From: the human T2T-CHM13v2.0 reference genome, Homo sapiens
DNA: 64,000 nucleotides
Assembly (NCBI RefSeq): GCF_009914755.1
Contig: NC_060930.1
Strand: one strand, 5' to 3'
Numbering within the stretch: position 1 is the first letter of the stretch; each line of letters starts with the position of its first letter. The notes below the pieces were generated by a model that did not search any database, was not told the DNA's origin, and worked only from the letters and a program-made list of their open reading frames with translations. The position numbers and the translations under genes are program-made. Of the stretch, positions 14,920 to 29,426 are shown piece after piece.

Positions 14920-17090
14920 ATTAATGAAACATCAATCAAGCTTCTCCTCTGGACAAGGCACTTTCCCAACATTAGGAAAAGACATGGGGAATGTGAGAAA
15001 GACATAGAAACTAATAACCTCTAAACCTTGCCTTCAAAAGGGAATGAAGACACACACATACATCTGCTCAAAGACAAGGTAGTCTGATGAGTGCCCAAGA
15101 CATTTATCAACCAGGCACTATAGGGGTTCAAAAAAGACAGAAGTTTCTGATAGCCTAGAATGGTAGCATTTTAAGATCTGAAAGAAACCTTGGCTTAGGG
15201 ATGAAGAAAGCTGACTCTAGGTTTGACATCTGAGCCAGGACTAGAAAGATGGCTTGGATCAAGGTCTGGCAAGATGGGCTGGAATTCAACAGGAAAATGG
15301 GCAAAGAGGCATCCCAGACAGAGGAAATTATTTAAGTCAGCATTTCCCAGATTGTGTCCTAAAGAACAGAGGGCAAGCAAGAGGGCTATTATATGAAATT
15401 GTCTTTTGAAAAATAAGTGTTGGAATTCCCAACTTACCTGGAGATTTAAACAAATTAATGTAGGGTTAAAATTTTTAGTGAAAGAAAGCTTTTGGGAAAA
15501 AAAAAAGGTAACCAATAGCAAATGCATACAGCAGCTAGAGAGAACTTCTTAAAAGGCAAATCTGATCATTCCACACCCCTGCTTAAAACCTTTCCATGGT
15601 TTTCCACTGCCCGTAGAATTAAGTCCCACATTCTTAAGCTAGTTGCCTTGTACCCTCTCTACCATTTTTAACTTGTCCCTTTCCTCTGTGATTCAGACAC
15701 TAGCTTTTCTTCTAGGCAAGAAAAGCCTGACTCTCATTCTTTCAAATATCCTAGGCCTTTCTGTGTAATTCCTAAAACTGTTTTGGGATTCAACCTAATC
15801 AGACTCCTGAGTAGGGCTAAAATCCCTTATTGTGTGCTCCAGTGACCCTTGCCTTCCCTCCATGGTCTCTCATGCAGTTAGGACCTAGCACAGAGCCCCA
15901 CATGCAGAGAGCTCAATAACACAGGGCAGAAGGTGAGCCTTAAAGCATCTACTAGAACCAGATCATGGAGGGCCCTGAATTCTCAGGGAGGAGACTAGCT
16001 AGCATTAGTAGACAACGTGGGATATTGAGGATCTGAGGGAGGGAAGATGCGCTTGAAGCTGTGTTGTAAGCTGATTTGGCAGGGATGCAAGGTGGCACAG
16101 AGCACAGAGAGGCTGTTGAGGAGAAGCCACATGAGGAGAACATTGCAGGAGCCTAGCTAGAGGTAATAAGTCTGGTCTAGCTGGTTGCTAAGGAATATGA
16201 ATGGAAATGAGAGCCTGGCAGAGAGTGAGTCTATGGAAATAGGCTCTATAGGACTTCCCAAAAGATGGCACATAGAAGAGGAAAGGAGGTAGAGCTGACC
16301 CTAGGTTTTGAGCCTAGATGACTGGAAAAATGGTGATCCTGCTCACAGAATGGCAGTCAGGAGGAGGAGTTGGGGGTGAGAGGAAGGAGCTGGGAGAGGA
16401 AGATGAAAGGGGTTCATTTTAGATAGGTTGACTTTAACTTTCAGGGGCTAGAGAGACATCTAGGTGAATTTGATTCTCCCTAGAATCCCATTACTCAAGC
16501 CTAGGAGCTGATCAGAATCAGCTGTTTCCCCTCCTCACATCCTACAGTATGACAGTGTGAATGGGAGTGAAAAATGAAACTGGATCCCTATCTCTCACCA
16601 TATACAAAACTGCCTCCTGCTATTGTCTCCCTCCTAATCATTTTTCAACCTGGTCCTTTCCTCTCCTCTGCACCACCTGACTGCTGCCTTTATGTGAGCT
16701 CTATCCGCCTCTCATCTGAATTCCATATGCGCTGCTCCTCTCCCTGCCGACCTTTCCCCTAGCTTCCCACTCTCACCATCCTACGCTCAAGACAAATTAC
16801 TGTTCCCAAATTAGCTCACTTCCAACCGTACTATTCCCTGGTGAATGTGGATTAGAAGGTGGGAGGAAGATGAAAAAATCATCTAAGAGAACCAATAATC
16901 TTAGAGCGAGAACATTTTAAGAAAAAAAGAGGTGGCCAACAGTGAAATATCATGAAACATTGGGAAGATAAGATGTAGAATAAAGCCACAGCTCCACAAT
17001 GAGGTGTCCTAGTCATTTGCAATGGATCCATCTCTGCAGATTGCCCAGCTAACCTGAGATTGAGAAATGCAAGGCTGGGAGGAGGGAAGG
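14920..17090. mobile_element. Cluster of L2 fragments in both orientations
   Basis: e.g. + 'aaatctgatcattccacacccctgcttaaaacctttccatgg' (15559) and - 'ggttttgagcctagatgactggaaaaatggtg' (16304). Confidence 0.6.
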
Positions 17091-17209
17091 TCTAGGGCAG
17101 GGCTTCTCAAGCTATCTGTGAGGAAGAGTCAGCTCTCCATCCTAATCAATTGCAGACTAATATCCTTAAAATACAACAACAGCAAATTATTTTTTAAATA
17201 TCCCATGCT

Positions 17210-18900
<1,691 letters not shown>

Positions 18901-18943
18901 AGTTTTAATTGATCCCATGCCTGGATATCACGGCCGTATCAAA

Positions 18944-19075
18944 CTGAAAAACTACCTATTGGGTACTATGCTTATTACCTGGGTGATGAAATAATCTGTA
19001 CACCAAACCCCCATGACACACAATTTATCTATATAACAAACCTGCACATGTACCCCAGAACCTAAAATAAAAGTT
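18944..19075 (+). mobile_element. L1PA (PA13-16-like) 3' end
   Basis: 'actacctattgggtactatgcttattacctgggtgatgaaataatctgtacacc...cctaaaataaaagtt'. Confidence 0.85.
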
Positions 19076-19179
19076 TTTAAACATGTCTTCTTAATTTCAG
19101 AACTTATCTCATTGTGGACCTATGGCAAATAGCTCATGGAGTAGCATCTGTTCACTGACTTCACTGTAACAATGGCCTA

Positions 19180-19475
19180 GATCTGCACTGTCCTGTCCAC
19201 TGCGGTAGCCACAGCCACAAGTGGCTATTGAATGTGTGAAAGGTGGCTAGTCTGGATTGAAATATGCTTCAGATTCCAAAGACTTAGTATAGGGAAAAAA
19301 TGTTTTCATTAATACTTTTCATATTGACTATATGTTGAGATAATATTTTGCATATATAGGGTTAAATAAAATAAATTATTAAAATTAATTTCACCTGTAT
19401 TTTTTAACGTAGATATCAGAAAATTTTACATTACACATTTGGCTCACATCATATTTTAATGGGACGGCACTGGTC
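19180..19475. mobile_element. MER33-like hAT-Charlie DNA transposon
   Basis: 'gcactgtcc...gtagccacagccacaagtggctattga...gggacggcactggtctaga'. Confidence 0.75.
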
Positions 19476-20682
19476 TAGATGGTGAGACACTTCTAAGGTC
19501 AAGCATCCTTAAACATACATCCACAGGATTCACACTGGGTAATCTGTTATTTTTCCATAGACTCAAACCACACCTCCATCCCTGTTTTATTTATTCCTTT
19601 CCTAAAAATATTTGCTTCCACACTGAGCTGCACTGAATGAGCACACAAAACAGGGGTCTGCAGGGACAGCAGTCCCAAAAAGGGAAAAGGCTCCTTTTTT
19701 GCAGGTGCAAAGAACAGTGGAAAAGGGTAGGAAACAGCAGTGGACAGGGAGAAGGGAGGAGATGAGTCATTGGAGAATTAGGTGAGCTACCCTGTAAATG
19801 TCAACAACATCTCAGCCTGTTGACATGTCTTACTAAAACCCTAGTGGGGAAGAGTGTTATAAGATACTTTGTTAGTCTAAATTATTTAACTAAATATTCT
19901 CTGCACAGCATGCTCTGGTCAGTTTCTCATGTTAAAGAAGACAAATTGTTCTCAGAAAACATGAACCATCAGGTTCTGTTTGGGATTAATTTGCATCTTC
20001 AAGAACATCATCCCAATCAAAAGAATCTCTTCTGAACAGATGCATTGAGATTCAGTATCTGAAGAACATCTTTAATTTGACTAATGAAGTTTAGCTTAAA
20101 TATGGATTGGGGAGGGAGGACAGGGTACAATGTTAAATTTATCCAAAAGTGGCGTCCTCTTTAAACAAATGAGCAAGCAAGCATTCAGCCAAGACTCTTT
20201 TAAAAGATTTTCTAATAAATTAAAGAATAATAAAGAATTATTCTTGCCAATTGAGAATATTCAAGATTACATATTTTTATTTCCCATAATGCTAATAGCA
20301 ATAATTTGGGTTCACTTCATTCATTCTTTTCCCTCATGACAGTCCATTTCTTATTAGCATATAGGACAGGTTCTTACTGTGGCAATTTATTTTCTGTTTT
20401 GAGAACAACTTCTTTTCCACCTTCATTGTCACTAGCAGGTGGTCTAACCAGAGATCATCAAGCAAATTTTGTGCACCCCAGCTCCAACTCTTCCGTTTCA
20501 GAGGTGCTTTCCTCAGGCAGAGATGTAAACATGGGGCAAGGGAAGCAAACAGCTTTAAGACATCTCTTAAAGCTGTCTTAAGTCACTTTGCTAGCCAACT
20601 GGAGCTTCAGGGCAGTACTGAGTTTACAGGCTTTGGCTTAGCTCCTTAAGCTTGGCATAGGGCACAAGTAAAAAACAGTCTG

Positions 20683-20987
20683 GGCTGGGCACGGTGGTTC
20701 ACACCTATAGTCCCAGCACTGTGGGAGGCCGAAGTGGGCAGATCACTTGAGCCCAGGAATTCCAGACCAGCCTGGGCAACATGGTGAAACTCCATCTCTA
20801 CTAAAAATACAAAAATTAGCTGGGCATACTGGCGCTTGCCTATAGTCCCAGCTCCTCCCAACTCCTAGGAGGGCTGAGTTGGTAGGATTGCTCGAGCCTA
20901 GGAGGCTGAGGCTGCAGTGAGTTATGATAGCACCACTGCACTCCACCCCAGGCAACAGAGTGAGACCCTGTCTCAAAAAAAAAAAAA
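20683..20987 (+). mobile_element. Alu (AluJ-like)
   Basis: 'cacttgagcccagg' and 'gaggctgcagtgagttatgat'; A-tail; flanks share 'agtctg'. Confidence 0.93.
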
Positions 20988-21919
20988 GTCTGTTGGAAAG
21001 GTCATTCTGTGACTTTATCTTTAGACCCAGAAGATAAATGGAATTAACATACTTGATGGTAATATAAGGAGCAAGAAAGAATGAAGGTTCTTCATTCATA
21101 TAACTCATCATTGTATGACAAATCCTACAAAACATAATAACTGTGTGTGGTATCAAATACTGAACCCCTAGGGTGACTGCCCACCCCAGTTCATGTCCAT
21201 TTTCATAGCATAATTATTAATAGCATCTTTGTTCACTCTTGGAAGTGCCCCTATTTGGATAATAAAGTATATGCACACTATGTAACCCAGAAAATAAGAT
21301 GAGCAAAACAACTGGGCATGCGACCCACTCAGTCCCATTGCCTCACTCCTATCAATCACAGTTATAAAAAGCTGTGTATGCTAACTGAATGCTGCATAAC
21401 CATAATTATGATTTCCATCGGGAAGTGACCATTGATTAGGAAATGGAGTTATTTTTATTGGAGTAGTGTAGGGCTAGCCAGAGGTTAATGGGGACAAAAA
21501 CAGGCTGGCCTGGAATCCTTGATAGATTAATACTAATTTGCATGGTGGAGGTTAAGTGCTGCGTGGGCTGCCAAGGGAAATGCAAGTGTCTTAGAATGAT
21601 TCTGGATAAACAGGAAGGTCAGAACAAGAACAGGGGCAACAGGGGTAAAATTGTTGCCTTTCCAGGAGCCAAGCTCCTCAGCTCTTGAAAACTCACCTAA
21701 TGTGATACCCTGGGAAGATTCACAGGAAATACTGAAATACATGCTTTTACAGTAGAATAATCCTCGCCATGACCTGTAACCAGAGTGAGCACCAAAACAG
21801 CTAAGACAAAGCATTGACCAATCAAATGGATGCTCACTGTAAACAACCAGTGTGACTGTACCAGTGTGTTCTGACTGGGAATCATTGTTGTCAACAAAGC
21901 CTGATAAGATCTAACCCTG

Positions 21920-22248
21920 CCCCATGATGGATGTGCTTACCACATCCATCACTCACTTTGCTCCAGCCACTCAGGCTCTTTTTCCTTGCCTTGAATAAGT
22001 CAAACTTGTCCCCACCTCTGAGCATTCTCCTGTTTCCATAACCTAGTATGGTCTTTCTTTAGGTCCTGGAACAACTGAGTCTTTCCTTTTTGTCAGGGAT
22101 CAGCGCAAACATCAACACCTTAGAGTGGCCTTTTCAGATGACTCTAAAGAGTCATTTTCCTAAGATACTCTCTGTCAAGTTCCCATTTCTTTCCCTCATT
22201 ATTCCTTCAGGTAAACTTATCTTGTTATTTGTTTCCTTGGTCATTGTT

Positions 22249-22281
<33 letters not shown>

Positions 22282-22400
22282 AATGTGCTCCATGAGCATA
22301 GTACTCTTATTCTTCTTGGCCACTGTATCCCCAGTGCCTGGGAAAGTGCTTGATACATGGTACTTGCTGAGTGAGAAAAAAAATTGAATGAATGAGATTA
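21920..22400 (+). mobile_element. L2 3' region containing a (CT)n microsatellite at ~22250-22280
   Basis: L2 tail 'cactgtatccccagtgcctgg...ttgaatgaatga'. Confidence 0.7.
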
Positions 22401-22524
22401 ATGAATGGCATCTACAGAGAAATGGGCACAAAGATCCTCAATAGAGAATGGCTACCCCAAAGCTACCTTATTAATGTTACCCTAATTGAGCCAAAAATAA
22501 CCAAGCAAATAAGAAACAGCATGA

Positions 22525-22800
22525 AAAAAAAAGAAGAATCAATAAGACTTACTATTTGATAGCTCAGCAGGGTGACTATAGTCAACAATAACTTAATTGT
22601 ACCTTTAAAATAATTAGAAAAATGTAATTGGATTGTTTATAATATGAAGAATAAATGCTTGAGATGATGGATACCTCATTCCCCATGATGTGATTATCAT
22701 GTATTATATGCCTGTGTCAAAATATCTCATGTACCCTGTAAATATAATTACACCTACTGTGTACCTTCAAAATTTTTAAATTAAAAAAAAAGAAATTTTT
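22525..22800 (+). mobile_element. L1MA 3' end
   Basis: 'tttgatagctcagcagggtgactatagtcaacaataac...'; TSD aaa(c/t)agcatgaa. Confidence 0.85.
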
Positions 22801-25152
22801 AAAAATAGCATGAAGTACCTTCTTGCTGGATACCCAGCTCAAATCCAGTGCTGGGAAATAAAAGAGTGGTCAACTTCTGCCCAAGATACTCCGACCATGG
22901 GTTGTAAACTATACAAGGTCCAGCAGAGACTTGTCGACAGTCCCCAGCTCTCTAAGTTTTCATTCATACAAGCAGAGTAAGATGTTGAGGAGGGGAAAGT
23001 TGAGTCAATGACCACGCAATTCATGGAATAGGACCCAGTGAGAAAAGGAGCAGGGAGGGAAGAGGGGAGACCAGAGGAGTAGAGAGGGCAATGTCCTGCA
23101 TCCATCAGATCTGTGGTCTACTCTGAGGACATTTGCTTCTCCATCTATCCTCCTATCCACTCTGCATAGGCAGACGTTGTCTAAATCTGAGGAAGTTACT
23201 TAATCCCTTGAGTTTTCATTTTCTCATCTGGAAAATGATAATAGGGAAGACCCTCCACAAATACTGTGAAGAGTGAGCATTTTGCAGTTGCAGAGGGTTC
23301 AAAATACTAACAAGCAGGGCAGTTTGGTGGCTTTAAGTAATGCAAGTGATGATACAGAAAACTTCCAAAAGATAAATGCTGTTATCCATCAAATTACATC
23401 AAGGCTCCCTCCCAGCTTCTGAGGAGAAAATGTTACCTTAATGAGAAAGGGCCATCGTCCTTTCCCCTTGAGAGGAAAAAGCGTTTAGATTTATAAATGT
23501 AGGGTTTTCCTGAGGAGAGACAATTTAATCACATCTCAGTACAAGAGTATTCTATCTTTTGTCGGGATTTGACAGAAGAAAATATTAAAGTTTTGATGCC
23601 TCAACAAGGCTGAGTAACAGACCTGAGGTTAAAATGAACTGATCAGAGTTGATGGCACTTCACCCAACCTGTGTTTTTGAGATGAATTGCCAGAGAGCTG
23701 TGATATTGGAGGTAAAGAGAGGCACGTGCTTTCAACTATCTGGTTTACTTCAAAACTGATTTATTAAAAACTGATACTTGCTTCTGAAGGATCCCATCTG
23801 AAATACCTCCTCAAGCCCTACGTTTCCTACCATCACCATCATCATATCATTATCATCATATCCATGCTACAGTGACAAATGCTCCAAGGTTCAGAGTTAC
23901 GTGTGATTATAATGATTACAAACAGCACATGAACTCCACAATGTAGTTTTGGTCAGGCATAAAAAAGATTATTTGATTTGATCACAGAATCATATACCAA
24001 ACTATTTGTAATATAGGAGATATTATTTGTGAACCCAGTGACTTTTCCAGATGCATTTAAAGTTTTGTTCTTAAAGAGAAATAAAAGTTTTCACCAAAAA
24101 TTTGGACATCTCCTTAATCTAGCCATGCATACCTAGAAGAATTCCTGATGTGGGCTTATTTTTAACCTGTGCTTTCAGATGTGCTTGCTCATGAATCATC
24201 AGGTAACAGAGTAAATAAAAATTTAAAAATCTCAACCTGGAACCTTAATTGTTTGGGAACTAAAGACTAGACATACACTAATGTCACCATTTGACAGTAT
24301 GATAAAAATTGTGACATGACAGTGTGAAAAATATTCTGGAGTAAACATAAACCATTAACAATGTTGCTGTTGTCTGAGTGCTCTGATGTGGGGGTTTTAT
24401 GGTGAATTCAGTATTACATGCATGTATATAAGCCGATCCCCTCGCCAGGAGATCACCCCCCCAAGCCATCTTGGGGGTGCCTGCAAGCTTGCCACTGCAG
24501 GTTCACACACTTTCTCAATGCACGGTCAGAATCACCAGTGCTTTCCCTTTCAGCGTTTTCCATATTTATGTTCATAACAGCAAGGCTTTGCATTTGAGTC
24601 TTTTGTCTTAAGTTTGCCCATAGGTAAATTTAACACTCGAGTAACCAATGCTCTGTCTATTGCCTTGGGTTATTTTCACTAGCGAGCCCTGTAGCTGATG
24701 GCTGGGCTGCAAATGCTATAACACACTCCCTCCCATTGTCTAAATATGCAGTGAATGCCTTCCTGAGTGTATGTGAAAATGACTTTCTCTTTCTGCTTCT
24801 GGAAAGCTTTTTCATTTGCATTCCTTCTATGGGATATAGAGAACCTATTAATAAGGACAATTTCAAAAACTGGCCATCTGTGCTCATTGGGACAAATGAG
24901 GAAAAAGCAAGCTGAGCATAGGACCCCACTCTAGAGTTAATCCAGGGCCAAATCAAAGCTCATACGACCAGATATTCATCCTAACCATTTTAATGTTTCA
25001 TTATATAGCTTTTATGAAATTAGACAGAGGTTGCTTTTTTTCCTACTTACTGATATTTTATTTAGAGTATGCAAACTGGCTAACGTTTTGTTAAAGGTTT
25101 TAATTTTATAATAACTAATAAATAATAACTAATCTATTTAACACATTATTCA

Positions 25153-25362
25153 GTTTATTTATTTATTTAAGACATAGCCTCACTCTGTCACCCAGGTTGG
25201 AGTGCAGGGGCACAATCACAGCTCACTGTAGGCTTGATCTCCCGGGCACAAGAGATCCTTCCACCTTAGCCTCCTAAACTAGGACCACAGGTGCGTGCCA
25301 ACACACCTAATTTTAATTTTTAAATTTTTAGTTTCTAAAGATAGGCTCTCCCTATGTTGCAC
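25153..25362 (-). mobile_element. 5'-truncated Alu (AluJ-like)
   Basis: (TTTA)n tail then antisense right arm, truncated within the left arm. Confidence 0.85.
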
Positions 25363-25439
25363 AGTCAACTGTTATTAATGTCTATTTTTTGCTTGTAAAA
25401 GTTAAAATACCCATAGAGAAAATTTATTTCATATGGAAG

Positions 25440-25775
25440 GCACAGCTATATAAAAGAATGAAATCATGCTCTTTACAGGAACATGGATGGAGATGGAGGC
25501 CATAATCCTAAGCAAACTAACACTGGAACAGAAAATCAAATACTGCATGTTCTCCCTTATAAGTGGGAGTTAAACATTAAGCACATAAGGACATAAACAT
25601 GGGAGCAGTAGACACTGGAGACTATTATAATGGAGGGGGAGGGAAGGAGGGAGGGGGACATAGTTTGAGAAACTACCTATTGGGCACTATGCTCACTACT
25701 TGGGTGCAATATACCTGTGTAACAAACCTGCACATGTACCCCCTATGTCTAAAATAAAAGTTGAAGTTAAAAAAG
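25440..25775 (+). mobile_element. L1PA/PB 3' end
   Basis: 'aaaagaatgaaatcatg...acaaacctgcacatgtacccc...ctaaaataaaagttg'. Confidence 0.85.
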
Positions 25776-25779
25776 ATAC

Positions 25780-26945
25780 TATGACAAAACGGGATTACAT
25801 CAAACTAAAAGGCTTCTGTATAGCAAAGGAAACAATCAAGAGTGAAGAGACAACCAACAAAATGGGAGAAAATATTTGCAAACCATACACTTAATAAGGG
25901 GTTAATATCAAAAATATCTAAGAAACTCCTACAAATCAATAGGAAATAAACAAATAACCCAATTAAAATATAGACAAAGCACCAGAATTGACATTTCCCA
26001 AAAGAAGACATACAAATGGCCAACAAGTATATGAAAAGATGCTCAATGTCACTAATCATCAGGGAAATACAACTTAAAACCACAGTGAGATTCACCTATT
26101 AGAATGGATAGTAAGTGTTGGTAAGGAGGCAAAGAAAAAAGAACCCTTATTTACTGTTAGTGAGAGTATAAATTAGTGCTGCCATTATGGAAAACAGTAT
26201 GGAAACTCCTAAAAAATTTAAACCTTAAACTACCACATGATTCAGCAATCTCGCTACTGGGTATGCATATAAAGGAAATGAAATCAGTGTGTTGAAGGGA
26301 TGTCTGTACTCCCATGTTCACTGCAGCATTATCCACAATAGCCAAGATATGGAATCAACTTGAGTGTCCATCAATGGGTGAATGGATAAAAAAATGTGAT
26401 ACATATATATACAATGTGGCACTTCATATATACAATAGAATGCTATTCAGCCTTAAAACAGAAGGAAACCCTGTCATTCGCAAAAAGTGGATAAACCTGG
26501 AGGACATTATGCTAAGTGAAATAAGCCAAACAGAAATACAAGTATTCATGATCTCACTTATATGTAGGGTCTAAAAAAGTTAAGCTCATAGAAGCAAGAT
26601 AGAATGGTGGTTACCAAGGACTGGCGATGGGGAGTGGGTGGTAAGGGCAGGGGGGAGTGGGTAGAGCTGGGGAGATGTTGGTCAAAAGATTAAAAATTTC
26701 AGTTAGATAAGAGGAATATATTGAAGAGATCTATTGTATAACATGGTGACTATAGTTAGTAACAATGTATTGTATTTTTGAAAATCAGAGAGTAGATTTT
26801 ACCTGTTCTCACCACAAAAAAATGTAAGTATGTGAAATTATACACGTGGTATTTACTTCAATTTAATCATTCCACAGAGTATACATATTTCAAACTATCA
26901 TGTTATGTATAATAAATATATACATTTTATTTGTCAAAATGTTGA
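25780..26945 (+). mobile_element. L1MA 3' portion
   Basis: ORF2 end 'ttacatcaaactaaaaggcttctg' through an L1MA-type 3' UTR. Confidence 0.85.
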
Positions 26946-27074
26946 TTTTTAAAAATTGTTAGAAAGAAAATATAGAAGGCATAAAAACAAAACAAAAAGT
27001 CACCCAGAATCCTACTACCTCAAGTTGCATGGCATTGCATTTTGGTGCATTTTCTTCCCTTTTTTCCCTTTTCA

Positions 27075-27706
27075 TTTATTTAATATTTTTACTTTTATTT
27101 TAGTTTCAGGGGTATACATGCAGGTTTGTTCTATAGGTAAACTCATGACTCGGGGGTTTGGTTCACAGATTATTTCATCACCTGGGTACTAAGCATCGTA
27201 CCAGACAATTTTTTTCTCCTGAACCTCTCCATCTTCCCACTCTCCTCCCTCAAGTGGGCCCCAATGTCTGTTGTTCCCCTCTTTTGTCCATGTGTCCTCT
27301 CTTTTGTCCATGTGTCCTCATCATTTAGCTCCCACTTATAAGTAAGAACATGTGGTATTTGGTTTTCTGTTTCTGTGTTAGTTTCCTAAGGATAATGTTC
27401 CAGAAAAGGAATTATCTCATTCATTTTTATGGCTGCATAGTATTCCATGGTGTGTATGTACCACATTTTCTTTATCCAGTCTACCATTGGTAGGCATTGA
27501 GGTTGATTCCATGTCTTTGCTATTGTGAATAGTGCTGCAATGAACATGCACGTACATGTGTCTTTATGATAGAACGATTTCTATTCCTTTTGATATATAC
27601 CCAGCAGTGGGATTGCTGAGTCTAATTGTAGTTCTGTTTTTAGTTCTTTGAAGAAGTGCCACACTGCTTTCCACAATGGTTGAATAATTTACACTCCCAC
27701 CAGCAG
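27075..27706 (-). mobile_element. L1PA (PA15/16-like) 3' end, antisense
   Basis: 'ttcaggggtatacatgcaggtttg...ctcccacttataagt...aatttacactcccaccagcag'. Confidence 0.88.
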
Positions 27707-27825
27707 ACAAACCAGCTGAGAGAGCCAAGAAAAAAGCCCCAATGCACTGTAATATTTTGCTGAAGAAGCCACAAAAGAAAGTCTCACAGAGCCCTGCCTC
27801 TGGGTCACAATAAAGGAGGTATCTC

Positions 27826-28200
27826 TTTCAATAAACATATTTTGAACACCTACGGTGTGCTAAGAACTCTGGTATGTGCTGGTAACACAGAGATTTTAAA
27901 AATCCAACCCCTGTATGGTCAACTAGAGGGGACAGAGATGTAAATAGACACAAAATGGTACTGAAGAGTCAGCGACAGAGGTAAGCCCAGAGAATGGGGA
28001 TCAGGGAAATTTTTATGGAAGGGATGGTGCTGAGCTTGAGTAACGAAGGACTAGGATGAGTTAATTAGGCAAGGAAGAATGCACATGTCACACAGAGGTT
28101 GCAAGCAGCATGTGCAAAACCTCCAAGCTTTACACAAATCATCAGATTCTGGAAACTGCTAGTTCTACATAGTTGAGGCAACTAAAGGGAGTTATCAGCG
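27826..28200 (-). mobile_element. L2 fragment
   Basis: 'ttcaataaacatattttgaacacctac...' resembles an antisense L2 3' end. Confidence 0.6.
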
Positions 28201-28642
28201 AGAGATACAGTCAACTCAGTAACTTTCTCGTGTAGTTTTGAGAAATCAGATTGCTCTTATCTGGAACACTCTATATCAAAAGTCAAGATGTTGGTATCAA
28301 GACAATATTGACCTTCTGGATCTGGAGCTATGGCTTATGGACTTTCCTCAAGTCCCTGATGGACTTGAATCAATCATTTTTAAGGGTGGCCAATGTTCGG
28401 GTCAATTGAAGATATTTACTAAATGCCAGCTTAGAAGAAAGCAATCTTAATCAGGTTTATTTTTTACTTTTCTACTTTAAATCTATCAGTCTCATCATCT
28501 ACAGAAATAATACATTTAAACTAAAAGGAAAAAAAAGAAACAATCAAGATTGCCTTTTTGTATGAAAAAAAAACAAGATTGCTCTTTTTGTATGAAAGCA
28601 CAGTTTCCTAAATTATCTACTTTAATAAAAAGTCACATAGAA

Positions 28643-28963
28643 CAGCAGTCCCCCATTTTGGGGCACCAGGGACCAGTTTCATGGAAGATGATTCTTCCAC
28701 AGATGGGGAAACAAGAGGATGGTTTCAGGATTAAACTGTTCCACCCCAGATCATCAAGCATTAGATTCTCATAAGGAGCACGCAACCTAGATCCCTTGCA
28801 TGCACAGTTCACAATAGGGTTTGTGCTCCTACGAGAATCTAATGCCACTGCTGATCTGACGGGGGTGGAGCTCAGGCGGTAATATTCCCTTGCCTGCCAC
28901 TCACCTCCTGCTGTGTGTCCTGGCTCTGATACTGGTCCATGGCCTGTTGCTTGGGGATCCCTG
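28643..28963. mobile_element. MER1B hAT-Charlie DNA transposon
   Basis: Termini cagcagtcccc / ggggatccctg, MER1B body, perfect 8-bp TSD acatagaa (28635-28642 / 28964-28971). Confidence 0.92.
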
Positions 28964-29204
28964 ACATAGAAGCAAGGCAATAAGTAGTGTACATATCCTC
29001 TAACATGTGTATGGATATCTTCTCTTATTTATGTCCCTACAATCCTCATCTCCACTAGCTTTCTGGTTAGAGACTGTGTTGAATGCTAACACTGCTAATA
29101 AAAGCTGTAATGGATGACTAACAAGACATGTTAAACCTGGGATGCCAAATAGTTTCCATTTCACCTGCCAGATCCTACTGATTGTTAGTGACTGCCTACC
29201 AATG

Positions 29205-29426
29205 AATAATCAGCACATTTTTTCTATAAAGGGTAATCAGCAGTAAATATTTTAAGTTTTGCATGCTGTAATGTTAATATATGGTCTCTATGACAACTAT
29301 TCAACTCCATCTTACGGTATGAAAGCAATCATAGATAACACACAAACAAATGGGTATGCCTGTGTCTCAATAAAACTTTATGTACAAAAATAGGCTGAGG
29401 GCCAGATTTGATTTGCTGACTCCTGG
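29205..29426. mobile_element. MER58A-like DNA transposon
   Basis: 'ttttctataaagggt...gtaaatattttaag...caataaaactttat...gggccagatttg...tgactcctg'. Confidence 0.75.
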
